Source: Octopus bimaculoides
Lineage: Eukaryota
NCBI RefSeq assembly: GCF_001194135.2
Contig: NC_068998.1
Location: 10,276,203 to 10,336,026, forward strand
Reading direction: 5' to 3'
Length of the DNA: 59,824 nucleotides
Made by a program: the position numbers and the translations under genes. Below the pieces are notes generated by a model, which saw nothing but the letters and a program-made list of their open reading frames with translations, ran no database searches and had not been told where the DNA came from. Shown here piece by piece: positions 25,725-37,776 of the stretch (position 1 is its first letter; each line of letters starts with the position of its first letter).

Positions 25725-26030
25725 GATGATGGTGATCATAAGAACCATCAAGGAGAACAAATATAGATTAACTGGCCACACCATGTGAATGAGGGACAAC
25801 AAATGGACAGTCATGGTGATGGAATTGGACACCAAGACAATGTACAAGATCGAGAGACTGACCAAAGACAAGATAGTAAGATAATCTCACCCACTAACTG
25901 GAGACTACATGGGTATGACTGGCCAGTGGTGGAAGGAGTCCAGGGAAGGGTTCCTCCGATGGGAGTGATGAAGCCCTGGATATTGGATGGTGATGATCTG
26001 GTTGAGGAAATTTCACTGCTATTTCTAGTA
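25725..26030 (+). mobile_element. Decayed RTE-clade LINE 3' coding fragment
   Basis: Reads RTIKENKYRLTGHTM*MRDNKWTVMVME, resembling the RTE post-RT motif K.RWAGHV.RM.DNRWT. Stops and frameshifts present. Confidence 0.6.
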
Positions 26031-26155
26031 GATTGTATAACCCCATCACAACTCCTATATTTACTTTGTATGCACATGTGTGTGTTTGTATGTGTATATG
26101 TGAAGACTTGACAAAAAGTCGGTCCAATTAATATTGTATTTTTCTGAAATTTCAG

Positions 26156-26352
26156 GAACCTGTCGGATGTTGATAGTGATGGGAAGCTTTCTTGTGACGA
26201 ATTTTGCATTGCCATGCATTTGATTGATGTTGCTCGTACTGGTCAACCTTTACCTGCCAAACTACCGCCTAGTCTGCACCCTTCTACTTCCAATAGAGGA
26301 AGTCGCTCAAGTAGCCTCTCTGGACCGAGTGGTTCCCAGCCTGGCACACCAG
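26156..26352 (+). CDS. ITSN1: Intersectin exon, EH2 C-half (W)[40 protein letters not shown]...GSQPGTP(G)
   Basis: Acceptor tttcag, donor gtaggt, 197 nt, phase 2 to 1. EF-hand DVDSDGKL. Confidence 0.95.
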
Positions 26353-27339
26353 GTAGGTTTTCCTTATCTATGTAGTCTGTTTATCTACTCTCTTTGTCTT
26401 TCTCTCTCTCTCTCTATGGTCCTAACACAATACTCTTTTGAATTCTATGCTTTTGAATGACAAATGAAGCAAAATCAATGTTTTTGTCTCTCTCTTTCTC
26501 TCTCTTTTTCTATCTCTCTTTCTTGTCCTGTCTTTCATCCTCTTTTTTTTTCTTTTGTTTCCTTTTAGGCTTTGTTTCTTCTCTCTTTGCCTCTTTTCTC
26601 TCCTCTTTTGTCTTGTTATTATTTTTGTTTTCTCTTCCCCCCCTCTCTCTCTCTCCTCTTTCTAAACTCTCTGCTCTGCTTCTTTACTTTTTCACTGTCT
26701 TTCTATCTCCCACCACCCCTCACTCTTTCTCCTTCAACTATAATCTGTCTTTAATTTCTCTCTGGCATTTAATTCCTCCATCAGATCTTGTTCTTGTGTC
26801 TTTGCTTTAAGCTTAGTATTTTATAAACACTATTGTTTTACACCACCACCACCACCAATAATAATAATGTCCATGGCATATATTACCATATACTATTGTG
26901 TATTATATATTAATATATACATTGTCATTTTTACGTACGCACACACACACACACACACACACACACTTATGATGAGCTTCTGCACAGTTTCCGTTTACTG
27001 AATTTCAGTAACCAATCACTGGTTGACTTGAGACTGCTGTAAAAGATGTTTGTCCAAGGTACCACACACTGGAATTGAACCCAGGTTTATGTGGTTGGGA
27101 AGCAAACCCCTTAACAACTTAATTTCATGTTTGACCATATCTATTGATACTATTTATTTTTACATGTGTATCTAATGTGTATGGCTCCTGTTTTTTTTTT
27201 TTACACTTGTGTAGAACTAAATTGTGACTAGTCAATGATGGAGTCTATACATGGTTGCCCAAACTGCTAAAAACAGCAGTCAAATCTCACTCAAGTTATA
27301 CACTGCTGTTTTACAAACTGTAAATGCGCATTAGATACA

Positions 27340-27670
27340 TTGGAAAATGGTATTCAGTTGGATACATGAGGACATGTGTAATATGATATATCTAGGACAC
27401 ACTGGATTAATGTAGTACTTGATACACTATATAGGAAGGACATATTGGATAATGTAGTTCTAGTTATACTAGCTAGGAAGGACACTGTGTAATGTAATCC
27501 TAGATACACTGTCTAAAGGACACTTTAGATAATGTAATTCTAGTGACATCCAAAAGACATTTTGGATAAGGTAGTCCCAGATGCACTATGTCATAGAGAA
27601 ACATTATATAATGTAGTCCTAGATATACTATGAAGGATACATTGGATACTGTAGTCTGAGATACATGATA
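27340..27670 (+). repeat. Degenerate ~40-bp tandem array (about 8 copies) inside a dispersed repeat
   Basis: Unit resembles aaggacacattggataatgtagtcctagatacact. The same motif is single-copy at ~30290 and ~37990. Confidence 0.75.
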
Positions 27671-27988
27671 TCTAAAACAAAACAAAAACGAATGTTCATT
27701 GCTGAAACCTCTTTGATCTTAACCAAGGGTGAACAAGAGGTAAACAACAAGGTAAACAAGGGGCTGTAAACAACAACAACAACAACAACAAAAACATACA
27801 AATGCATATCGGAATAAATTGGAGATTTCAGTCCAAACAAAACCTAGAACGGTAAAGACAGCTGATTTTTATGAGACTAGATATTCGCTGTTCGACGACT
27901 GTTAGCATTATGTAGCATTGTATTTCAGTATTTTTATTTATCGATATATATATATTATATATGTTTGTTTTGCTTGTTTTGTGTCAAG

Positions 27989-28087
27989 GCCCACAAAAAG
28001 ATGTGTTTAGTGACCTGCTAGGACATATGGGAATGTCTCAATCTCCGACACCGACAAATGGAGAATCTAAAACTGATGAGTTACCTG
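27989..28087 (+). CDS. ITSN1: Intersectin symmetric 99-nt exon (G)PQKDVFSDLLGHMGMSQSPTPTNGESKTDELP
   Basis: Open frame between gtcaag and gtttgt, phase 1 to 1, fits between 26352 and 31016. Splice sites are weak. Confidence 0.75.
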
Positions 28088-28358
28088 GTTTGTATTCTTT
28101 GTTAGAATTTTTTTACTTGTTGTAATGTGATCATTCCGGAAGGTACTGCCTCCAAGGATTTAGTCGATTATGTCTATCTGCCCTTTACTTTGTCTGGTAA
28201 TTATTTTATCGACCACAGAATGATTAAAAGTGAAGTTAGACTGTAACAGTATTTGAAATGAGGATCTAAAGAGATGTGACCAAATACCTACCCCAGTATC
28301 TTTGTTCGAACACTTTATTGTATCTACCATCTACCTACCATATTTGTGTGTGTGTATG

Positions 28359-28413
<55 letters not shown>

Positions 28414-29664
28414 NNNNNNNNNNNNNNNNNNNNNNNNNNNNNNNNNNNNNNNNNNNNNNNNNNNNNNNNNNNNNNNNNNNNNNNNNNNNNNNNNNNNNNN
28501 NNNNNNNNNNNNNNNNNNNNNNNNNNNNNNNNNNNNNNNNNNNNNNNNNNNNNNNNNNNNNNNNNNNNNNNNNNNNNNNNNNNNNNNNNNNNNNNNNNNN
28601 NNNNNNNNNNNNNNNNNNNNNNNNNNNNNNNNNNNNNNNNNNNNNNNNNNNNNNNNNNNNNNNNNNNNNNNNNNNNNNNNNNNNNNNNNNNNNNNNNNNN
28701 NNNNNNNNNNNNNNNNNNNNNNNNNNNNNNNNNNNNNNNNNNNNNNNNNNNNNNNNNNNNNNNNNNNNNNNNNNNNNNNNNNNNNNNNNNNNNNNNNNNN
28801 NNNNNNNNNNNNNNNNNNNNNNNNNNNNNNNNNNNNNNNNNNNNNNNNNNNNNNNNNNNNNNNNNNNNNNNNNNNNNNNNNNNNNNNNNNNNNNNNNNNN
28901 NNNNNNNNNNNNNNNNNNNNNNNNNNNNNNNNNNNNNNNNNNNNNNNNNNNNNNNNNNNNNNNNNNNNNNNNNNNNNNNNNNNNNNNNNNNNNNNNNNNN
29001 NNNNNNNNNNNNNNNNNNNNNNNNNNNNNNNNNNNNNNNNNNNNNNNNNNNNNNNNNNNNNNNNNNNNNNNNNNNNNNNNNNNNNNNNNNNNNNNNNNNN
29101 NNNNNNNNNNNNNNNNNNNNNNNNNNNNNNNNNNNNNNNNNNNNNNNNNNNNNNNNNNNNNNNNNNNNNNNNNNNNNNNNNNNNNNNNNNNNNNNNNNNN
29201 NNNNNNNNNNNNNNNNNNNNNNNNNNNNNNNNNNNNNNNNNNNNNNNNNNNNNNNNNNNNNNNNNNNNNNNNNNNNNNNNNNNNNNNNNNNNNNNNNNNN
29301 NNNNNNNNNNNNNNNNNNNNNNNNNNNNNNNNNNNNNNNNNNNNNNNNNNNNNNNNNNNNNNNNNNNNNGTTAGAGAAATCTTTTTTAAAATATGCTTCC
29401 AGTTTAGCATTCTGCCTTATTATTATTTTTCATTTTCCTATTATTTCTCCACGTGCGGTTAACACAACCCCACTATTTACTGACTTATATATATATATCT
29501 ATATAAACTTGCATAGTAGACAAACGTGGCAAATTACCTACCGTGTGTTAAGGCTAAATGTGACAGTTTGTATAAAAGAAAAAGAAGACACAATATCCCA
29601 TCCAAAAATAAAAGTATTTAAAAAAGATATAAAAAATATCAATCAGATTATGGGTAGGAGATAG

Positions 29665-30100
29665 CAGTTTTCTCAAACCAGCTACATTCAGCTTCTACCA
29701 CGGCCTCAAGGAAGCTCCGGTGTCTGTCACATACATTCCTCACTGTGTCTCTGGGAAGATCTTTGAATATCTTGATATTGGCTACCTGCTCAGCCTCAGT
29801 GTTGCTGGCAGGTTTGTGTCTTTCTCAACCATGCCCCACACATAGTAATCCATGGGACTACAATTGGAAGAATCAGGGGACCAGAAACTGGGGCTATGAA
29901 GTTGTAGAAATTCTCTGACAGACTACCGCTAACTCTTTCTGCAAGTATGACAAGGAGCTGAATCCTGCTGCAACACATATAGCCTTCCAGCAGCAACTCT
30001 CTCCAGCCAGGGCTTGACCACAGTCTCCAGCTTCACATAGCCACCTGAATTAAGCCCAAGGCCTTTGTCCTGCCATTGTTGGATGAATCTAATGGTTGTG
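29665..30100 (-). pseudogene. Tc1/mariner DD37D (maT-type) transposase C-terminal relic
   Basis: Minus strand gives GLGLNSGGYVKL.ETVVKPWLERVAAGRLYVLQQDSAPCHT...SENFYNF..SPSFWSPDSSNCSPMDYYVWGMVEKDTN, with stops and compensating frameshifts. There are 37 residues between the last two catalytic D. Confidence 0.85.
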
Positions 30101-30548
30101 AGCTTAGCATTCTTACTGTCAGGCTGCTCAAAGTGAAAGAGAGAGATGAATGTGTGTGTCAATGAAGGAGTCTCTTTGTGGTTGTTTGATCTGCTTAATA
30201 GCAGTTATTAGTTGCTATCTGAACTGCTTATTAGTTGCAGAATTAGCAGCCAAAGTTTGAAACCACAACCTACTACTATCTTAATAAAGGAAGGACACAT
30301 TGGATAATGTGAATTCTAGATAATTGATGCCTGAATGAAATAGGGGATGGTCATGGCTGGAACGCTTTTGGTTATAGATATCTACATGATGAGGTCTGAC
30401 CTGTGGTTAAACAGCACACACTAAGAGACATGCAAAATATACATGTGCAGTTAGACTTCAATGTATTCAAAAGTCACATGTAGTTTAATTGTTGATTAAT
30501 GAAAAATTTCAAGAATAAACTTAAAATTTTTCAGTGTGTTTAATTAAT

Positions 30549-30767
30549 TTAACCCTTTAGTGTTTAAACTGGCCATATCCAGCCGAAATATTCTACACAT
30601 TTTACATTCAGATCTGGCTTTTCACATCTACCTTACAAGGTTATTTTAAAAATAGACAATCGCATCATTGACATCTTGAAGCTGCAAGATAATGCAGGAT
30701 TAATTTGAAACAATGTGAATAAATAAGCATTGTGTTTGATAGAATAATCTGGATGCTAAAGGGTTAA
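30549..30767 (-). mobile_element. piggyBac-type MITE, inverted relative to 22997
   Basis: TTAA-ccctttag ... ctaaaggg-TTAA. Confidence 0.8.
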
Positions 30768-31015
30768 TTTGTTTGTTTATAATAATCTGATTATCAAAAA
30801 AAAAAAAACTAAAAAGGGCAGCTGGCCAGATAAAGTCTGCCGCAACAAACTCCATCCAAACCATACAGGCATGGAAAAGAGTGTGTTGAAAAGATGATGA
30901 TGATTATGTAAATGTGTGTGTGTGTGTGTGTGTCTGTTTATGTGTATGAATACGTTTGTGGATGTCTAACACTATTCTCGTTTGTTACAATGTTTCTTTT
31001 CTTTCCATTCTCCAG

Positions 31016-31115
31016 TCACATTTGAAGACCGAAGGAAAGAGAATTTTGAAAAAGGTCAAGCTGAGTTGGAGAGGCGCCGTGCAATATTACAGGAACAGTT
31101 GAAACGGGAGGAGGA
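31016..31115 (+). CDS. ITSN1: Intersectin exon, coiled-coil start (V)TFEDRRKENFEKGQAELERRRAILQEQLKREE..., 3' end in N-gap
   Basis: Acceptor ttctccag. The TFEDxRxENFExGxxELERRR motif is diagnostic for intersectins. Confidence 0.95.
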
Positions 31116-31296
31116 NNNNNNNNNNNNNNNNNNNNNNNNNNNNNNNNNNNNNNNNNNNNNNNNNNNNNNNNNNNNNNNNNNNNNNNNNNNNNNNNNNNNN
31201 NNNNNNNNNNNNNNNNNNNNNNNNNNNNNNNNNNNNNNNNNNNNNNNNNNNNNNNNNNNNNNNNNNNNNNNNNNNNNNNNNNNNNNNNNNNNNNNN

Positions 31297-31334
<38 letters not shown>

Positions 31335-32557
31335 GTATATATACAATGGGCTTCTTTCAGTTTCCGTCTACCAAATCTATTTACAAGGCTTTGGTTAACC
31401 CAGGGCTGTAGTAGAAGACACTTGCCCAAGGTGCCATGCAGTGGGACTGAACCTAAAATCATGTAGTCAGTAAACAAACTTCTTACCGCACAGCTATTCC
31501 TGCTCATATGTAATTTGTGGTGACAATGTGTTCTCCTACTTTAGAGGCTTGTGTGTTTGTGTGTTGTTAATTTGGTTTATGAGCAATGCCAATTAATCAT
31601 GCCAGAAAGATTGTGTGTCTGTGAGTATGCTAGTAATACTGAACTAACATATAATGTTAGTGTGCATGTATGTGTGCATGTAATTTGGTAATACTAACGT
31701 ATAATGTTAATGTGTATGTGTACCTTTGTGTTGACAAAGCGTTGTCCCATTTGAGATGTGTTAAAACATGTCTACGTGTCTCTCATTGTAGTGTTGTATT
31801 ATTCAAACTGATATTTACCGAGTGTGGGAAAATTTGGCAGGTGCAGCTGTTGCAGCTGTTCACTGCATTCATGAATGGCAGAGTGCAAGGGCAGAACTGA
31901 TATTTAGTTTACTCTGATCTCTATCTTTTATCTTTTACTTGTTTCACTCATATTGTTTGCGGCCATGCTGGGGCACCACCTCAAAGGGGTTTTTAGTCAA
32001 ACAGATTGACCCTTGAACTTATTTTTTGTGTTTCTTATTTTAAAGTAACCTAAATTAAAACTTTTCATCAAAATTTCATGTCAATTTATATTTCAATCAC
32101 AAGCTTAATAATGACAAAATTACCTCACTAAATTCTTCTTTATTTTCAAAATTAATTATAATAGTAGCAGTGAAGTTTATCAGAAATATGAAAACAAAAG
32201 GGTTGAAGCATATTTTTCCACCTTCATTTCTTAATGCAAGTGGGGAGAGGAAGTTCTTATATTGCTTACAGACTGACCCTTGCTGACTGGTGAAGTCAAT
32301 ACTGATATCTGCTGGGTATATGTGCTTAGAGAGAGGGAATTTCAGAATTTTGTTGTTCTGGGTGCCAAAAGTTAGGTGTGCTCAACGAGGGACTTCTGTT
32401 AGTAATACACTCTGGGGATGGAAAAGCCGGCCTAAAAACAACGATGATAATGGCAGTGCTAATGGTGGCAGCAGGGCTGCTTCTGCTGCTGCTGCTGCTA
32501 CTGATGATAATGTTGTTGTTGTTGTTGACATGTAGTCTTCTTGTATTCTTGTGACAG

Positions 32558-32669
32558 ATTGGAACAAGAACGAAAACGCCAGATGGAGTTGGAGCGCCAA
32601 CTTGAGAAACAGAGAGAAATTGAGCGGGAGCGTGAAGAACAAAGACGGAAAATGATGGAACAAAGGGAG
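32558..32669 (+). CDS. ITSN1: Intersectin coiled-coil exon [37 protein letters not shown]
   Basis: Acceptor gtgacag, donor gtaagt, 112 nt, phase 2 to 0. Confidence 0.95.
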
Positions 32670-34186
32670 GTAAGTGAGAGGAACCTACCACAACACCCTC
32701 CACGAAACTTTTTTTTTTTTTTTTACCTTATCAGTTGTTGTTAATCAGTAACCAATAAATATTGGTGTACAGCAATGGTGTTAGCTTGGCAAAATCAATA
32801 GAGTATCAAACAGACGATAATGATGATCATCATCATTGGAAGGATTAAAAACAAAGTTGACCTTGGTTGAATTTGAACTCAGTAAATGAAGTGCTAAAAG
32901 AAATGCTTCTGAGCATTTTGTTTGATGTGTTAACAATTGTGACAGCTCACAACCTTAATTATAACGATAATAATCAAAAACAAAGACAGAAGACCAGACA
33001 TTTTTGCTGTAGGGGAAAATTGATTATATCAACCCCATGATTGGTATNNNNNNNNNNNNNNNNNNNNNNNNNNNNNNNNNNNNNNNNNNNNNNNNNNNNN
33101 NNNNNNNNNNNNNNNNNNNNNNNNNNNNNNNNNNNNNNNNNNNNNNNNNNNNNNNNNNNNNNNNNNNNNNNNNNNNNNNNNNNNNNNNNNNNNNNNNNNN
33201 NNNNNNNNNNNNNNNNNNNNNNNNNNNNNNNNNNNNNNNNNNNNNNNNNNNNNNNNNNNNNNNNNNNNNNNNNNNNNNNNNNNNNNNNNNNNNNNNNNNN
33301 NNNNNNNNNNNNNNNNNNNNNNNNNNNNNNNNNNNNNNNNNNNNNNNNNNNNNNNNNNNNNNNNNNNNNNNNNNNNNNNNNNNNNNNNNNNNNNNNNNNN
33401 NNNNNNNNNNNNNNNNNNNNNNNNNNNNNNNNNNNNNNNNNNNNNNNNNNNNNNNNNNNNNNNNNNNNNNNNNNNNNNNNNNNNNNNNNNNNNNNNNNNN
33501 NNNNNNNNNNNNNNNNNNNNNNNNNNNNNNNNNNNNNNNNNNNNNNNNNNNNNNNNNNNNNNNNNNNNNNNNNNNNNNNNNNNNNNNNNNNNNNNNNNNN
33601 NNNNNNNNNNNNNNNNNNNNNNNNNNNNNNNNNNNNNNNNNNNNNNNNNNNNNNNNNNNNNNNNNNNNNNNNNNNNNNNNNNNNNNNNNNTGTGTGTGCA
33701 TGCGTGTGTGTGTGTGCGTGCGTGCGTGCGTGTGTGTGTGTGTGTGTGTGTGTGCTGTGTGTTGATAGTATGATTTGTTTTGTAGGTGTTTATAAAAATT
33801 AACTCAAATACAATGGAGTGTGTATTATAAGGTTGTTACCTATTTGGGTCTATGGAACAAGTGCCTTATGTGTTTTGTGTATTTTGTGTCAACATGTAAT
33901 TTGTTCTTTTTCTTAAATAATAAATGAGACTGTTTTACCAAAATAATATTTTGTATGTTTCTGGTGTACATCCATTGCAAGGTCTTTATTATCACAGTAA
34001 AATCTTGCTGTGTTGATGATATTATATTTTACATCATATAATGTATATCTACTTTGGGTGTCATTGATGATAATAGTTCACTTCTATCATAAGTATTCAC
34101 CACCATCAATAATTGAAACCGACATAATTGATAACTATATCAGCCTACTTTCATTTTGCTTTCTCATTTCTGTTCTTCCTTTATTA

Positions 34187-35511
34187 CCATAAAGACCCAT
34201 GTAATTTATGCACTTTTTTTGCAAAAACAAAAATAAACTTTAGTGGGGTGCGTAAATTACATGAGTAGATCGTTTCCAGAATTTTTTTAGAAATTTTTTT
34301 GGTTGAAAAATGATGTACAAATGTAAACATTTATACCGGAGGTTGACTCATTTAATGTCAGAATAGGTTTTTATGGAAAAAAATATAATAAAGTTGACTT
34401 TTATTTATGCTGGATGGTATAATGCTTACTTTTTCTGTATAAATTTACTAAAACCATTAAATGGTTAATTTTTGAAGTTTGATGTTCATGTTAGTAATCA
34501 CGGTCTGGGATCATATTTTACATTGCTTGGAGTTTCTACCAATCACAATGGAGCACCATTGACATACAGAGTGATATGGATAATCTCAATTGTATGGTTT
34601 TACTTTTATCTGTTTTTCTTGTTTTGTTGTGTGATTGGCTAGATTGTTAGGGATGGTAAGGAAAAGGATGTAAATGTTTACAATTTACTATTTACATCCT
34701 GACTACTACCATTCTTGACATTGTTGGGAGCTACCAACTATTAGGAGCAATGTGCAGCTGTTCAGTCGCAATTACATCTAAAATAAGATTTTCCTGAACA
34801 ATTTTAAAACTTTTATGTACTACAATGAGTAAGTATTATAATTGCTTATAATGGGATCAATGTATTGTAATCAATTATAACGGAATCATGTATTGATGCT
34901 TGGAGTTACCACTTATAAGGATAATAGTGAATAAGGAAAGCATATAAAGGTGATAATCAACATGGGATGGAAATAAACTGGTAAGCGATGATTTATTATC
35001 TGTTATAAAATACAAAGATTGCCATACATGAAATAACATAACCAAACAGGTTACCATAAGGATGTGTGAGAGAGAGATTTCGTGTTAGGCTGGACTGTTG
35101 ATCTGTAGATGACAAGTTGACGTACTGGTTGGTGGTGGCATAGAAAAGCAGTCTGTTGGTCATGTGATGTAAACAGAAGTATGCTAAAGACTGAACATAA
35201 TCTCTTGTGGGCAAGAAATGTAAAATAAAGTTTATTATAAACACTTCGTAATTTAATAGCTTTCAATGTGATACCTGTTGAACAGAAATTATTTTTATTT
35301 AATGAAAATTTAATAAAATCTAATCAAAAGTAAGTGAAATTATGTTAAATACGACTAAATTGAAAACCTATTTCCCCTGGCTATATCAACAATTCTGAAA
35401 ACTTTTGGGTGCGAATTTTACATGAGTAGAAGCTTTCTTTTTCAACAATTTTTATCCTGAAAATCACCTGCATAAATTACTCAGGTGCACAAATTACATG
35501 GGTTTTTATGG
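34187..35511. mobile_element. 1.3-kb non-autonomous Tc2/pogo-like DNA transposon
   Basis: TA-ccataaagacccatgtaatttatgcac ... gtgcacaaattacatgggtttttatgg-TA, with subterminal repeats gggtgcg..a.ttacatgagta. No ORF. Confidence 0.75.
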
Positions 35512-36475
35512 TAATTGTATTATCTCAACACTTCCAAGAACCTCTCTCAGTTTCTTGAAGCAACTGCTTCTCTTTTCTCTCTAAAACTTATATACCACAG
35601 TAATAATATTTTAATGGTGCTTGGTAATTTCCTACTTTGGGAGAGCTGTTGAAGAAGTAGTGTGTCTAGGCTTTTAATTATTATATATATATTTATATTA
35701 CATATGTGTGTATGCATGCACACACACACACACATATATATGAGGACATATGCATATATATATATAATTTTTCTTGAAGAGTTCGGTTAAACGAATGAAA
35801 CTGCTAATTTTCCAAAATTCTGACTGCCTCCTTTTTCTTAATGTACAATATCTGTACACCACTTCAAATACACACACACTCTCCCCACCCCTCTCCCCCN
35901 NNNNNNNNNNNNNNNNNNNNNNNNNNNNNNNNNNNNNNNNNNNNNNNNNNNNNNNNNNNNNNNNNNNNNNNNNNNNNNNNNNNNNNNNNNNNNNNNNNNN
36001 NNNNNNNNNNNNNNNNNNNNNNNNNNNNNNNNNNNNNNNNNNNNNNNNNNNNNNNNNNNNNNNNNNNNNNNNNNNNNNNNNNNNNNNNNNNNNNNNNNNN
36101 NNNNNNNNNNNNNNCCTCCCCTCCCCCCTCTATATATTTGTGTATATATGAATATCTGTATGTGTATATATATATCTATGTGTGTGCATATGGTGCACAC
36201 ACACACATACACACACACACGTGTGCACACACATACGCACACACAAATTATGAAAAGTTAATGGTGGTCAAATTCTATTATTCATGTTTGTATACATATA
36301 TATATAGATATGTATTTGTGTGTGTGTGTGTGTGTCTATGTATGTATGCATTTGTGTGTAAATGTGCACACACACACACACACACACGCACACGCGCACA
36401 CGCACACACACACACACACACACACAAATATAGGTTTATGCATTTGTGTAATATACGTATTTTATATATATGCAG

Positions 36476-36616
36476 GAAGGTAAAAAAAGTGAACTTGCTC
36501 AGAAGATCACCCAAGTTCGCAATGGGGTCGCTGACTTCACAACGAGCATTGAAAGGATGCGTCAATCCAGGGACTTGAAATTAGCTGATATCGAGAGGTT
36601 TCAACTACAGTTGCAG
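36476..36616 (+). CDS. ITSN1: Intersectin coiled-coil exon EGKKSELAQKITQVRNGVADFTTSIERMRQSRDLKLADIERFQLQLQ
   Basis: Acceptor tgcag, donor gtaagt, 141 nt, phase 0 to 0, heptad-like. Confidence 0.9.
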
Positions 36617-36906
36617 GTAAGTTCTTTCCATCAAGACATTTGCATTTACATATTTATTTTTCTTATTCAGTTACTGTTCTCTTACCTTTTGCTTGTTTCA
36701 ATCTTTAGACTGTGGCCATGCTGGGGTACCACCTTGATGGGTTTTAGCTGAAGAAATCGACCCTAGTACTTGTAATTTAAAATATTTCTGTTAAAGTCTA
36801 GTACTCATTCTATTCTATTGGTGATTTTTGCTGAACTGCTAAGTTACAAGAATGAAAATAAACCAACAATGGTTGTCAAACAGTTGGGTGGGTGTGGCGA
36901 TAAGTA

Positions 36907-36949
<43 letters not shown>

Positions 36950-37184
36950 GACTTCCCCACAGTCTCCATCTACTAAATTCACTCACAAGGCATTGGTGGG
37001 CCTGGGTCTATTGTAGAAGACACTGGTCAAAGATGCTGCATAGACAAAAAGCCACTAAGCATTTTGCCCAGCATGCTAATGATTTTGCCTGATCAGTCTT
37101 AATAATAATAATAATTCATAACAACAGCAACAACAAAATTCTGTGGCAATTGTCTTATTTCTTTTTCTTCTTCTTCTTCTATAG

Positions 37185-37269
37185 GATCTCAGTCAGAAGT
37201 ATTTATTATTACAGCAACAAAAAGAACAGCTCAATTTGAAAGTTGAAACGGCTGGTTCAACACCAGCCT
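37185..37269 (+). CDS. ITSN1: Intersectin coiled-coil exon DLSQKYLLLQQQKEQLNLKVETAGSTPA(S)
   Basis: Strong polypyrimidine tract plus atag, donor gtatgt, 85 nt, phase 0 to 1. Confidence 0.88.
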
Positions 37270-37553
37270 GTATGTATTACTTCTTCACAGTTATTGTTTC
37301 AATCTTATGTTTTGTTCATTCATTTACTTTCATCATCTCAAGTTTTTTATTTTTTAATAGTTCACTATTAAAACATTAGAATATTCTGCAATGCTTTATG
37401 TGTATATGTGTGTGGGTTTTGCAAACTTAGAACCTGAGGGCAGATTTCTTTTGCATTTCTTTGTCTTATATTGTAAGTTCTCTAAATGAGAACTTCGAAT
37501 TTTAAGGTTTCACCTGTTTGTGATTAAACTGGAGTTTCTTACAAGTGATTGCC

Positions 37554-37776
37554 TTAATCCTTTTGTTACCATATTTCTGTTGAGATGCTCTGTGTTTCCT
37601 TCAATTAATTTTAAATATAACAAAGAATTTAGTAAAATAACTCATTAAGCTAGTGTTAGGAACATAAATTGTGACTAAGGTTTGGTGGAAGATTTTTATT
37701 CAGAACTTCTGAAAACAAGACATTTGTACTACAGAACCAGAAACGGTTTCAGCCAGGTTGGTATCAAAAGGGTTAA
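37554..37776. mobile_element. piggyBac-type MITE, second family
   Basis: TTAA-tccttttgttacc ... ggtatcaaaaggg-TTAA. Related fragments at ~22795-22996 and ~32040-32215. Confidence 0.7.

Noticed and set aside
27340-27670. CRISPR-like periodicity
   Set aside because: Units are degenerate and adjacent with no unique spacers, there are no cas genes, and the context is a eukaryotic intron.
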